DNA of 64,000 nucleotides from an uncultured Chloroflexia bacterium (lineage in GTDB: Bacteria > Chloroflexota > Anaerolineae > Anaerolineales > UBA4823). The DNA is taken from contig CAVTQM010000058.1 of assembly GCA_963736805.1 (NCBI GenBank), positions 150,589-214,588 of the forward strand. Direction: 5' to 3'. This document shows positions 11,239-21,047 of this stretch, one piece after another; the stretch's first letter is position 1; every line of letters starts with the position of its first letter. Made by a program: the position numbers and the translations under genes. The notes under the pieces are model-generated. The model was not told where the DNA came from. It searched no databases and saw only the letters and a list, made by a program, of their open reading frames with translations.

Positions 11239-12708
11239 TTATCGATCCAGGTTTGGTAATCTATCCAATCCAGCATTATGTGCATGGATTTTCACCAAAT
11301 TATGAAGCTCTTTGACCTGATCATCTTGTAAATTGGGTAATTGATATTGATCCAACAGGAATTTAACCTGAGATTTGGCACGTGCAAGGGTATCCAGAGA
11401 CCCATCCTGGTGCCATCCACGGATCGAATCTCGATCGAGGACTTTCGATGGGAGATATTGCTCTTGAGAGAACAATTCGCGGGTAATTTTTTGTTTTAGA
11501 AAATCGCCTTTATAATTGATGCCTTCAAACATGGCTGATGCAAGTGTCTGAGTTGGGGTATGCATTCCAGATAACAGCCGTTTTGCCATGGAAACAATTT
11601 CTGCATCAATTACTAGTTTTTCCAGGCTGAAGCAAGCCAGAAAATCCAGCATACCTGCGCCTGAGATCATATTAACACCAGCCAAAGCGCCAACAATTGC
11701 AGTGATTCCACTTTCTAAGCCAGCCTGGGCATCGATAAGTTTTGAATCACTGGCACATAGATACGTATGCGTGGGCAACCCAAGGGATTTACCTACCTGT
11801 GTATAGGACGCATCAATCATTGCGGTCTCGATTGCACCCATGGGTGTTGTTCCCTTACGCATATCAAAGATAGCCGGAGCACCTCCCCATACAATGGGTG
11901 AACCTGGTTTTGCCAGCTGGTGAATCGCTATACCGCTTAGACATTCTGCTGCATGTTGAACAACAGAACCTACCAACGTTACTGGAGCTGTAGCTCCAGC
12001 CAACGGCATGGAAACCATCTGTGCTGGAACACCAGCTCGGGCTAACTCGATCAGATTTTGTGCGCCGAAATTGCTCCAAATCAAGGGGGGAGAAGGACAG
12101 ACATCAAAGACTGCTTGAGGTTTTTTCGCTAATGCCTCACGACCACCTGCGAATAACGACAACATATCGATCATCACCTGCAGGGTGGGGATGGCAAAAG
12201 CACCCGTGACGATAGGCTTGGATGAATAGAGCAATACGAGGTAAAGACGGAATAAATCGCTGATCGGCTTAGGGATTTCGTTGCATATTACCGAGGTCGA
12301 TTGAGCATCGAACTGGGGAAGCATTTCAGTAAGCTTTATGATCCTTACCAAATCATCGGTATAAGATGGACGATGTTCATTTGTATCTGGATCAAGGATA
12401 TGGACCCCAGAAGATCCTGGATCAAAATGAACGGCATTGCCCCCATAGGTAACTTTTTGTTCACCATATCTATCAAACAAGTAGAATTTCTTTGGTACAG
12501 ATTCTAATGCATGATGAACAATATTTTCTGGTATATGGACTACTTCAGCCTCTCTATCGATCCTTGCTCCTGCATCTTTAAGTAATTGGATAGCAGCAGG
12601 GGATTGAACCTTGATCCCAGGGTTAATCAAAAGCTGAAATGCTTCATCTAATATATTATTTACCAACTCATCCGAAAGAAGCGATATAGATGGCTGCATT
12701 GAGTTCAC
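11239..12708 (-). CDS. MttB-superfamily methyltransferase, paralogue 2 (intact)
   Basis: Uninterrupted 489-aa ORF of MttB-family length and sequence character, with no internal stop codon, so it is non-Pyl. The stop of paralogue 1 overlaps its start (12705-12708). Confidence 0.85.
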   Translation of the reverse strand: MNSMQPSISLLSDELVNNILDEAFQLLINPGIKVQSPAAIQLLKDAGARIDREAEVVHIPENIVHHALESVPKKFYLFDRYGEQKVTYGGNAVHFDPGSSGVHILDPDTNEHRPSYTDDLVRIIKLTEMLPQFDAQSTSVICNEIPKPISDLFRLYLVLLYSSKPIVTGAFAIPTLQVMIDMLSLFAGGREALAKKPQAVFDVCPSPPLIWSNFGAQNLIELARAGVPAQMVSMPLAGATAPVTLVGSVVQHAAECLSGIAIHQLAKPGSPIVWGGAPAIFDMRKGTTPMGAIETAMIDASYTQVGKSLGLPTHTYLCASDSKLIDAQAGLESGITAIVGALAGVNMISGAGMLDFLACFSLEKLVIDAEIVSMAKRLLSGMHTPTQTLASAMFEGINYKGDFLKQKITRELFSQEQYLPSKVLDRDSIRGWHQDGSLDTLARAKSQVKFLLDQYQLPNLQDDQVKELHNLVKIHAHNAGLDRLPNLDR

Positions 12709-14157
12709 TCTTTCTCAACCGAAGCAATGATTTTCTTTAATTCTAAAGAAACTGTCCTGTCTAGCGGCTGTGGTTGGTGGGTGGAGAGAATCTGTCTGGC
12801 TTTCTCAAGAGCCCAATCACTGCCATCATCCTGTTTCTCTTCCCAAACGTTATAGGGACGACGATCCATGAATTGGGGAATAAAAATATCGCGCATGTGT
12901 TTCAAAGTGTGCTTTTGACTTAGGAAGTTTCCACCCGGACCAACATTGCGAATCACATCGAGAGCCAAACTTTCATCATCCACAACAATTCCCTGCATGA
13001 CTTTATGGATGATCGAGAAGATCTCGCAATCCATTAACATTTGCGCATAAGACCAAATACGACTGCCGTGTAATAAGCCAGCACCCAACAACATATCTGA
13101 CATGACCACGCTTGCCATGAATGTGGAAAGGCTGTTCTCAACACCGGCATGCCAATTCGGTTCTTTTGCTCCAGTAGCGAAGGAACCCATGGAGAGTGGT
13201 ATATTGTAGAAATCAGCGAGTTTATTTTGAGCAGCACCGAATAGAAAATCTTCTGGTCCTCCACCCGTATAAGAACCAGTTCTCAGGTCTGATGCTGTTT
13301 GGGCAGCCGCATAAAATACCGGTGCACCTGGTGAAGCCAGTTGGATTAAAGCTGTGGCGCTTATGACTTCTGCATTACCTACAACTAAATTGCCTGCCAG
13401 AGTGGCAGGACCGGTTGTAAGGCATGCTGCCATCGTCATAAAACCAACGGGTAAACCTGCCTCAGCACCCATTAATGCTGCATCCACACTACCACCATCC
13501 TGACCAAGTGGTGGAGCAGTACATTGCATGATCGAAAGTAATGGTCGATTTCGTAATTCTGCTTTTCCACCTGCTATGGTAGCTGCCATTTCAATAGCAA
13601 TCCGAGCTTCTTTTTCATTATAGATACTCTCGGTTTGGGTATGCTTCGTGGAATTTTCCCAAATGGCACGCAATTCGTGTAATCCACGGGTTTTTGCTGG
13701 ATAATCCTGCGCAGAGACAGCCACCCAATGAAAGGCAATTTCTTCTAACGCGTCTCCAACCCGGGCGATATCTGCAACATCCTGCCAACAAGACATGCGG
13801 CGCTTACCTGAATGAATATCCAGGACTTCTACACCACAGCCATCAGTTCCTAAGATATACATGGTTCCCATCCAATGGTAAATCCTGTTCGGGAAAACGT
13901 GCTGCCAGGTTATATTTTGGAGGGGCAAGTTTCAATGCGTCTTCAATAATATTCCCAGGTACTTTTACGATAGATGTAGTTCTGTCAATTTGAGCACCGT
14001 GAGCTTCCCAAATGTCTAAGGCTCGTTTTGATGGGAAGCGAACTCCAGTTGTTTCAATGATATCGAGGGTGGCCGTATGAAGGCGTAAAATTTCTTCAGG
14101 ACTTAGGATATCAAGGCTTAATTTTGGGTTTGTAATGGATTTAATTTTACCGGTCAT
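12705..14157 (-). CDS. MttB-superfamily methyltransferase, paralogue 1, one frame break
   Basis: ORFs 13843-14157 (N-terminal 104 aa) and 12705-13928 (407 aa) overlap in different frames. Together they give about 484 aa and are MttB-like throughout. Confidence 0.8.
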
Positions 14158-14175
14158 ATAATTCCCTGATAAAAA

Positions 14176-14826
14176 TTAAACACCCAAAAGCTGCTTTGCT
14201 ACACGGGCTGCCCCAATGGCATCCTCGCTGTATCCATCTGCACCGATTTGTTTTACCCACTCCTGGGTTACTGGTGCACCCCCAACCATGACTTTGACTT
14301 TTGCTCGCATACCAACATCTTCAAGAGCTTCAATAACGTCCTTTTGATGCACCATGGTGGTGGTCAATAATGCACTCATCGCAACAATATCTGCATTTAC
14401 TTCGCGGGCTTTTTCAACCACTTTCATGACAGGAACATCTACACCCATGTCAAAAACCTGAAAACCAGTTGCAGATAGCATCGTGCCAACTAAAGTCTTA
14501 CCAATTTCATGAATATCACCTTCAACGGTGCATAAGACAACTTTACCAAGCATTGTTCGTTCCGTGCCACGTCTCGCAAGTTCTGGTTCCAATACCGCAA
14601 CAGCCGCTTTCATGGCTTCGCCAGCCATTACTAGTTCTGGTAAAAACATCATGCCACAGCTAAATTGATCACCAACGAAATTAACCCCAAGAACGAAGCC
14701 TTTGTTGATCGCGTCAAGGGGATCCATACCCAGATCGATTGACTGTTGTGCAAGCTCGGCTGCTTTTTCTGATTCACCTTCGGTTATGCTCTGTGCCATA
14801 GCCTTGAAGATTTCTTCTGTTTCCAT
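14176..14826 (-). CDS. Cobalamin-binding corrinoid protein (MtgC/MttC/MtbC-like)
   Basis: 216 aa with an N-terminal helical cap plus a Rossmann B12-binding domain. It carries the DxHxxG motif (EGDIHEIGKT), then SALLTTT and VMVGGAP. Confidence 0.85.
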   Translation of the reverse strand: METEEIFKAMAQSITEGESEKAAELAQQSIDLGMDPLDAINKGFVLGVNFVGDQFSCGMMFLPELVMAGEAMKAAVAVLEPELARRGTERTMLGKVVLCTVEGDIHEIGKTLVGTMLSATGFQVFDMGVDVPVMKVVEKAREVNADIVAMSALLTTTMVHQKDVIEALEDVGMRAKVKVMVGGAPVTQEWVKQIGADGYSEDAIGAARVAKQLLGV

Positions 14827-14849
14827 TTTTGTCTCCTTGTTTTTATGGT

Positions 14850-15605
14850 TTATTGATTAGAAATCATTGGATCGATTAGTTTTTCAACTTCGCGGATTGA
14901 TTCTCCAGAGATATCAAGGTACATTTCAATTTCGTTGCCCAGGTTTCGGATGTGGTTGGTGACTTGTAACGAGGCTTCTTGTGAATCATTATTTGCCAAA
15001 GCATCAATGATGGCTTTATGCTCCAGGTATTCGCGTTTCAAGCTGATCTGCAGGAGCTCAGGATGTCGGAACATATACTCATATAACATCCAATCAGGAA
15101 ATGAATTCGTTGCCATTTCATATAATTTGCTTAATAACGGACTCTGTGCTGAATTTACAATTCCAGAATGGAATTCCTTATTTAATTGACGCAATTCGGA
15201 CATATCTTCGAGTGAAAGTAAATTTGCGGTTTTTTCGACGATCTCTAATAATATTTTTACTTCATCCGGTTGAATAATCTTTGCACTGATACGGACGGCC
15301 ATATTTTCTAATACCAAACGCATTATAAATGCATCCACGATTTCCTTGGGTTCTAGTTTTGGGACACGAACACCACGGAATGGGACCCGTTCTGCTAAAC
15401 CTGACGCTACTAATCGGTCAAAAGCTTCCCGGACTGGGGTTTGACTAACACCCAACTGGGTAGAAATATCTTCTTGACGAAGCCAATCACCTGCAGAAAA
15501 TTTACCTGCGATGATCTTGCTGTATAGGTAATCGTAGACTTCATCCGTGAGGGAGCGCTTACGGAGAATTTCACTGCTGTCGATAGTTGAATTCGTTTGT
15601 TCCAT
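14850..15605 (-). CDS. GntR-family transcriptional regulator (FadR/FCD subfamily)
   Basis: 251 aa with an N-terminal winged HTH (LRQEDISTQLGVSQTPVREAF..L) and a C-terminal all-helical FCD-like domain. It is the first gene of the MttB/corrinoid operon. Confidence 0.8.
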   Translation of the reverse strand: MEQTNSTIDSSEILRKRSLTDEVYDYLYSKIIAGKFSAGDWLRQEDISTQLGVSQTPVREAFDRLVASGLAERVPFRGVRVPKLEPKEIVDAFIMRLVLENMAVRISAKIIQPDEVKILLEIVEKTANLLSLEDMSELRQLNKEFHSGIVNSAQSPLLSKLYEMATNSFPDWMLYEYMFRHPELLQISLKREYLEHKAIIDALANNDSQEASLQVTNHIRNLGNEIEMYLDISGESIREVEKLIDPMISNQ

Positions 15606-15705
15606 TTATAAATAATATACTATTGTAATAAGTTGAATTCATATTTCTATAATAGATATATTATATATTATATATTATAATTTGTGAAGAGAACAGACTA
15701 ATAAA

Positions 15706-16303
15706 TTAACCAATTAAGAAAATACATTCTGCAAACCCATTATTATTAATGATCTGTTTCTCAATTTGCCTAACTTTTGTGTCCAAATAATGTTCGAGTA
15801 AAGATATATCCAACTGGCATAGGACTGGATGGTCATTAAGTATTGCCTGATATGGACAATGTCCTAAAATAATGCGAGGGTGATTGTAATGAGCCTCCCA
15901 GTGTGCCTGATAGTTCATGCGATTGAGTGATTGGATTGTTGAGTATAGACGACGGGTTGGGTTGATCCCAGAAGATTTGAAATCAGTTGCCATTTGGATA
16001 GCTATTTGATCTAATAATTGGGTATGATCATCAGATCCTTGATTGAATAATATTGAAAGCAACACATTGGAGAGCTTGTCCAGATTGTGTTGATCAATTT
16101 GTGATGTGGAGGCGTATATTTGAGCTGGACGGCCTCGAGTTGTTTTTTTGCCCGATAACTTTAACATTACCCTGTTCAGTTAAAATTGCAAGGTGGTGGC
16201 GAATATTTGATTGGGTTACACGAAATACTTTGCTTATTTCTTCGACAGTAGTGCTCTGCTGCTCGACAATGAAATCAAGGATTTTTTGACGTGAGTGTGT
16301 CAT
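15706..16303 (-). CDS. ArsR-type HTH transcriptional regulator with C-terminal domain, one frame break
   Basis: The N-terminal piece (16094-16303) carries the HTH (EEISKVFRVTQSNIRHHLAILTEQG). The C-terminal piece (15706-16167) starts with the ..TTRGRPAQIY motif typical of this regulator class. The frames switch inside a T7 run at 16143-16149. Confidence 0.6.
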
Positions 16304-16330
16304 GTGATTTATTATATCTATAATTATCTA

Positions 16331-16356
16331 TTTACGCAAATATATATTTGCGTAAA
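16331..16356. promoter_or_regulatory. Perfect 26-bp palindrome, candidate operator
   Basis: TTTACGCAAATAT|ATATTTGCGTAAA has exactly reverse-complementary halves. It lies 3 nt upstream of the -35 of the nuoB promoter and 27 nt from the start of the divergent HTH regulator. Confidence 0.5.
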
Positions 16357-16359
16357 TGA

Positions 16360-16387
16360 TTGACGGATGTAAAGATAGGGATATAAT
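16360..16387 (+). promoter_or_regulatory. Sigma70-type promoter for nuoB
   Basis: TTGACG (16360-16365), a 16-nt spacer, then TATAAT (16382-16387). An AAGGAGG RBS lies 8 nt before the ATG at 16427. Confidence 0.45.
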
Positions 16388-16426
16388 CCAGTGATAAGTT
16401 AATCTGAGGTTAAGGAGGCTGTCTGT

Positions 16427-17104
16427 ATGAGTCAGGACATAATTAATCCTGGATATGAAATCCCACCTGAGATGCAAGGGCAAGTAACTATCACAACCCT
16501 GGATAAGATCTATAACTGGGGACGACGCTCATCTGTGTGGCCGATGATGTTTGGTTTAGCATGCTGTGCGATCGAAATGATCTGTTCAGCAACAAGCCGT
16601 TTTGATTTCTCGCGTTTCGGTATGGAGATAATGAGACCCAGTCCTCGACAAGCCGATCTCATGATAGTTGCAGGAACCGTAACAAAAAAGATGATTCCAC
16701 AGATAGTTAGATTGTATAATCAGATGCCTGAGCCGAAATATGTTTTAGCAATGGGTGCTTGCGCCTCCGGAGGGGGACCATTTAAGGAAGGTTACAATGT
16801 GGTTTCAGGTGTGGATGAATTCTTACCTGTGGATGTATATGTAGCAGGTTGCCCACCAACTCCTCAAGCATTATTAAATGGTTTTATAACATTGCATAAA
16901 TTGATCGATAAGCAATCTATAAAGACTGTTCGATGGTACCAAAAGGGACTGGATACACCATTACCCGTTCCAGTTCTTGGACCAGATCTCATGGATACTA
17001 GGCAGTATCGAATTATAAAAGAGTATACGCAAAATAAGCTGATAACCGAACAAGCTAAAGCCCAATCCATGGCTGATCAAGCTGATTTAGATAATGCAGG
17101 ATAA
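16427..17104 (+). CDS. nuoB: NADH-quinone oxidoreductase subunit B
   Basis: The N2-cluster cysteines are present ([25 protein letters not shown]). 225 aa. Confidence 0.9.
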   Translation: MSQDIINPGYEIPPEMQGQVTITTLDKIYNWGRRSSVWPMMFGLACCAIEMICSATSRFDFSRFGMEIMRPSPRQADLMIVAGTVTKKMIPQIVRLYNQMPEPKYVLAMGACASGGGPFKEGYNVVSGVDEFLPVDVYVAGCPPTPQALLNGFITLHKLIDKQSIKTVRWYQKGLDTPLPVPVLGPDLMDTRQYRIIKEYTQNKLITEQAKAQSMADQADLDNAG

Positions 17105-17133
17105 GTTACCAACGAATCGCACATTTTTGGAGC

Positions 17134-18882
17134 ATGTCCATGAATGATCAAAACATTGCACTTGAATCTGACCTAATGTATATCTTTCCTGAGATTCTTA
17201 TTCAAGACGGGCGACCTGGTTGTGAAGGTTATATTGTAAAATCCGAACACTTATCTTCTTTTATGCAGAGGCTTCGGGATGATTTAGGCTATGATTATTT
17301 GTCTTCTGTTACTGGGGTGGATTATTTTCCTGAAGGGTTCATGGAGGTTGTATATCACATTCGGAAATCGATTGGTGGGAATCCCTTGGTGATAAAGGCA
17401 CAAATGGATCGAGAAAATCCGGTGATTGCATCCCTGGTTCCAATCTATCCAGGTGCTGAATTTCAGGAAAGGGAAGCCTGGGATTTATTCGGGATTAAAT
17501 TTGAAGGGCACCCCGATTTACGCAGAATTCTCATGTGGGAAGGTTTTTCAGGGCATCCTCTTCGTAAAGATTGGAAAGAAGGTTATTACGAAGAGGAATT
17601 TAAGCCTTACAAAAGCCGATGGCCTGTTGGCCATTATAAAAGTCTTGAAGACAAACATCCGCTGGGAACTAATGTTGACTATCCAGCTGGTTTTAACCCA
17701 GAAAGCTGGGTTCCTGAGCCAGAGGTAGCCTTATATTCAGGTTTAGGCAGGATAGAACGAAAAGATGAAGAAACAGGTATCGGAACTGAACAAGTGATTG
17801 TAAACATGGGTCCTCAACATCCATCAACGCATGGTGTGTTTCGGATGGCTGTAAAACTGGATGGGGAAACAATTGTCGGTCTTAAACCTGTAATGGGTTA
17901 CCTTCATCGAAATCATGAGAAGATTGGGGAACGAAATACTTTTCTGGGAATCATGCCGTATACAGACCGATTGGATTATTTCAACTCGATGAGTAACAAT
18001 TTCGGATACGCCTTAGCAGTTGAAAAACTAATGGGGATTAACCCACCCGAACGTGCAGAATATATCCGCATAATGATGGCTGAATTAACCCGACTTGTTA
18101 ATCATCTGGCATTATTTGGTTTTTTATTAAATGATCTAGGTGCATATTTCACTCCTTTCATATATGCGTTTGAAGAACGTGAGCTGATCTTGGATATATT
18201 TGAAGCGGTCTCCGGTTCTAGAATGATGTGTAATTACCACCGATTTGGCGGGGTGGCGCGCGATTTACCAACCGGGATATTAGAAAAGATCAGCGACCTT
18301 GTCCTTGATCGGCTGCCTCGGAAAATTGATGATCTCGATTTATATATTACGAAAAACGAAATTATTCGCCATCGGACTGAAGGAGTTGGAATTATGACTC
18401 CCGAGCAAGCAATTGCATACTCAGCGGTTGGACCGGTATTGCGCGCCTCAGGCGTGCCATATGACTTGCGACGAGCTCAGCCTTATAGTATATATAATCG
18501 GTTTGATTTTGATGTTGCAGTTCGATACCATGGCGATGTATATGATCGGTATTTAGTTCGCTTGGACGAGATGTATCAAAGCCTGAGGATACTCAAACAA
18601 GTAATAGAAAATATTCCTGAGGGTCCAATTCAAGCAGGAAAACCACAATATCAGGTAAGGGTACCTGCTGGCGAGGCATACGGTTGCGTAGAAGGACCTA
18701 AAGGTGAGTTAGGATTTTATGTTATATCCAATGGAAAACCAAATCCCTGGCGGTATCATATACGTGCTCCGTCATTTATAAACCTAACCTCTCTTGAAAG
18801 TATATGCGTTGGAAACAAAATAGCCGATGTCGTAGTTATTCTTGGCTCAATTGATATTGTTTTAGGCGAAACGGATAGGTGA
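17134..18882 (+). CDS. nuoCD: NADH-quinone oxidoreductase fused subunits C and D
   Basis: 582 aa. The N-terminal NuoC part has [19 protein letters not shown]. The NuoD part has [21 protein letters not shown], and C-terminal ..VLGETDR. There are no NiFe-type CxxC motifs. Confidence 0.9.
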   Translation: MSMNDQNIALESDLMYIFPEILIQDGRPGCEGYIVKSEHLSSFMQRLRDDLGYDYLSSVTGVDYFPEGFMEVVYHIRKSIGGNPLVIKAQMDRENPVIASLVPIYPGAEFQEREAWDLFGIKFEGHPDLRRILMWEGFSGHPLRKDWKEGYYEEEFKPYKSRWPVGHYKSLEDKHPLGTNVDYPAGFNPESWVPEPEVALYSGLGRIERKDEETGIGTEQVIVNMGPQHPSTHGVFRMAVKLDGETIVGLKPVMGYLHRNHEKIGERNTFLGIMPYTDRLDYFNSMSNNFGYALAVEKLMGINPPERAEYIRIMMAELTRLVNHLALFGFLLNDLGAYFTPFIYAFEERELILDIFEAVSGSRMMCNYHRFGGVARDLPTGILEKISDLVLDRLPRKIDDLDLYITKNEIIRHRTEGVGIMTPEQAIAYSAVGPVLRASGVPYDLRRAQPYSIYNRFDFDVAVRYHGDVYDRYLVRLDEMYQSLRILKQVIENIPEGPIQAGKPQYQVRVPAGEAYGCVEGPKGELGFYVISNGKPNPWRYHIRAPSFINLTSLESICVGNKIADVVVILGSIDIVLGETDR

Positions 18883-18889
18883 GTGATGC

Positions 18890-19516
18890 ATGGCTGACCA
18901 AAAAGATGATTACATGTATGGATTGGGGATTCTGAAGGGTCTTGGTTTAGCTTTCAGACATTTCCTTGAGACCTATATTGATGATATCCGACATTGGGGT
19001 AGGCGTTACAAGACCTCGGAGGGTATTGCTTATCGAGCGAGTAAGGATGTCAGCGGAATTTTCACTGTTCAATATCCAGAAGAGAAAGTCCCTGTTCCAG
19101 AAGAATTCAGGTATTTACCATTTCTAATCTTTGAAGAAAAAGATGGAGAAAAACAGTACCGCTGTACCTCTTGTGGTATTTGTGCCAAAGTATGCCCACC
19201 CCAATGTATCTGGATTGTTCGTTCAACAGATCCCAACACTGGAAGACCAATTCCTGATCCAGCTGAGTATTATATTGATATTGATATGTGCATGAATTGT
19301 GGCTATTGTGCAGAATATTGTCCATTTGATGCAATCAAGATGGACCATAATTATGAATTAGCTTCATATACACGCGCCAAAAATATATATGATAAAGCCA
19401 TGCTTGGACAGCCAATATCTTATTATGAGTCAATCCGACCGATAAATTATCATCGTGAAGAATCCGCCAGAATAGAAGCAGAAACGCAGAGAGCAATGAG
19501 GAAGACAGTTGCGTAG
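18890..19516 (+). CDS. nuoI: NADH-quinone oxidoreductase subunit I-like 2x[4Fe-4S] ferredoxin subunit
   Basis: Two CxxCxxCxxxCP motifs (CTSCGICAKVCP, CMNCGYCAEYCP). It has a long N-terminal segment and an insert between the motifs. Confidence 0.8.
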   Translation: MADQKDDYMYGLGILKGLGLAFRHFLETYIDDIRHWGRRYKTSEGIAYRASKDVSGIFTVQYPEEKVPVPEEFRYLPFLIFEEKDGEKQYRCTSCGICAKVCPPQCIWIVRSTDPNTGRPIPDPAEYYIDIDMCMNCGYCAEYCPFDAIKMDHNYELASYTRAKNIYDKAMLGQPISYYESIRPINYHREESARIEAETQRAMRKTVA

Positions 19517-19568
19517 AGAATCCCATGCATGAATGATACTTTGGTTCCTTTAGTTATGGAGATATACC

Positions 19569-19904
19569 ATGCCAGGAAATAATGTTGACTTATTATTTCC
19601 TTCCAAAGCGATAGAATTCTTGAGGGATATTCGAGGTGAGGAATGGGAAAAACTAGTCAACAGTCTGATTGATTTAGAATCAACCAATCCAGACCGCATA
19701 GCCTTGGTTCTGATGATGGTAAGGCTTGGCGGTTGCGCATCTTGTCAATCCGATTCATTTCGGGCGATGAGAGGATGTATACTTTGTTCCACGACATCCA
19801 TAAAAAGATATAAAGGAAGTGATCAATCCCTTCTTGACCTTTATACTGAAGCAAAGATAGATGTGGTTAAATACATGAAAGAGGTTAATTATTATGATGA
19901 CTGA
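19569..19904 (+). CDS. Hypothetical small protein with a CxxC-x10-CxxC motif
   Basis: 111-aa ORF containing GGCASCQSDSFRAMRGCILCS. It overlaps the mrp start by 11 nt. I do not recognise the family. Confidence 0.4.
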   Translation: MPGNNVDLLFPSKAIEFLRDIRGEEWEKLVNSLIDLESTNPDRIALVLMMVRLGGCASCQSDSFRAMRGCILCSTTSIKRYKGSDQSLLDLYTEAKIDVVKYMKEVNYYDD

Positions 19905-20977
19905 GAAAATATCGAAGGAAAAGGTTTTAGCAGCCTTAAGGACTGTACAAGAACCTGAACTTCGAAATGATTTAGTTTCGTTGAATATGATTAAGGATAT
20001 TGATATTAATGGAGAAAGGGTAACCTTTACAATTATATTGACCACACCTGCCTGTCCATTAAAATCAAAAATCGAAAGCGAAGCCCGGGCAGCGGTATTA
20101 TCTTTGCCAGGGGTCAAACAAGTGGATATTAAAATGGATTCTAATGTTCCAAGCGATGGAAGATCCAGAGGATTGCTTCAACTCCCTATTCGGAATGCAG
20201 TTGCAATTGCTTCAGGTAAAGGTGGTGTTGGGAAAAGCACAGTCGCAGTTAATGTCGCAGTTGCATTAGCACAGACAGGAGCAAGGGTTGGATTGCTTGA
20301 TGCAGATATTTATGGACCAAATATACCCACGATGATGGGAGTTGGTACACTTCCTCCTCCGAATAAGGAAAAGCTTGTCCCTGCTGAAGCCTATTGCGTC
20401 AAGATGATGTCAATCGGTTTTCTGGTCAAACCGGACCAGCCATTAATCTGGCGTGGTCCGATGCTGCATTCTGCCATCAGACAATTTTTAAGTGATGTAG
20501 AATGGGGAGAATTGGATTATCTTAATTGTGGATTTACCTCCGGGCACCGGAGATGCTGCATTGAGCTTAACTCAATCATTACCATTGAGCGGGGGTGTTA
20601 TTGTTACACTTCCTCAACTTGTTTCTCTAGAAGACGCTCGACGGGGAATGGAGATGTTCCGCCAGCTAAATGTACCAATCCTGGGAGTCGTTGAAAATAT
20701 GAGCTTTTTAGAATTACCGGATGGTTCTCACATGGATATTTTTGGAAGTGGTGGAGGCGAAAAATTAGCTAAAGAGGGAAATGTACCATTTATTGGAAGT
20801 ATACCAATTGATGCGAAGGTACGGGCTGGTGGAGATAGCGGCAAACCAGTCGTTATTGATGATCCAAAATCTCCAGCTGCTGTAGCTTTAAGAAACATAG
20901 CAAATTCGATTGCAGCAAAAATCAGCCTGGCTGCGATGGAAAAAAATAATGTGATTCCAATCACCATTCTTGATTAA
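19894..20977 (+). CDS. mrp: Mrp/ApbC/NBP35-family P-loop ATPase with N-terminal DUF59-like domain, one frame break
   Basis: It has a DUF59-like N-terminus (..TTPACPLKS..), a deviant Walker A ([10 protein letters not shown]) and DLPPGTGD. ORFs 19894-20694 and 20528-20977 join near the AA at 20524-20525. The usual CxxC after ENMS is replaced by FLELPDGS. Confidence 0.85.
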
Positions 20978-21047
20978 ACGGTAACTTTATGAGAAGAGGT
21001 AATATAAGTGGAAGAAACAGGGCAACAACCGACAGCTAAACCATGTA

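Noticed and set aside
7053-14157. In-frame amber (pyrrolysine) codons as the cause of the split MttB genes
   Set aside because: The ORF pieces of each split paralogue lie in different reading frames (end coordinates differ mod 3). The breaks are therefore frame changes, not in-frame TAG codons. The intact paralogue (11239-12708) has no internal stop.
17134-18882. NuoCD as a group-4 [NiFe]-hydrogenase large subunit served by the hyp operon
   Set aside because: The N-terminal (RxCGxCxxxH) and C-terminal (DPCxxCxxH/R) nickel-binding cysteine motifs are absent. The sequence has the NuoD-type ..[16 protein letters not shown].. and ends ..VLGETDR.
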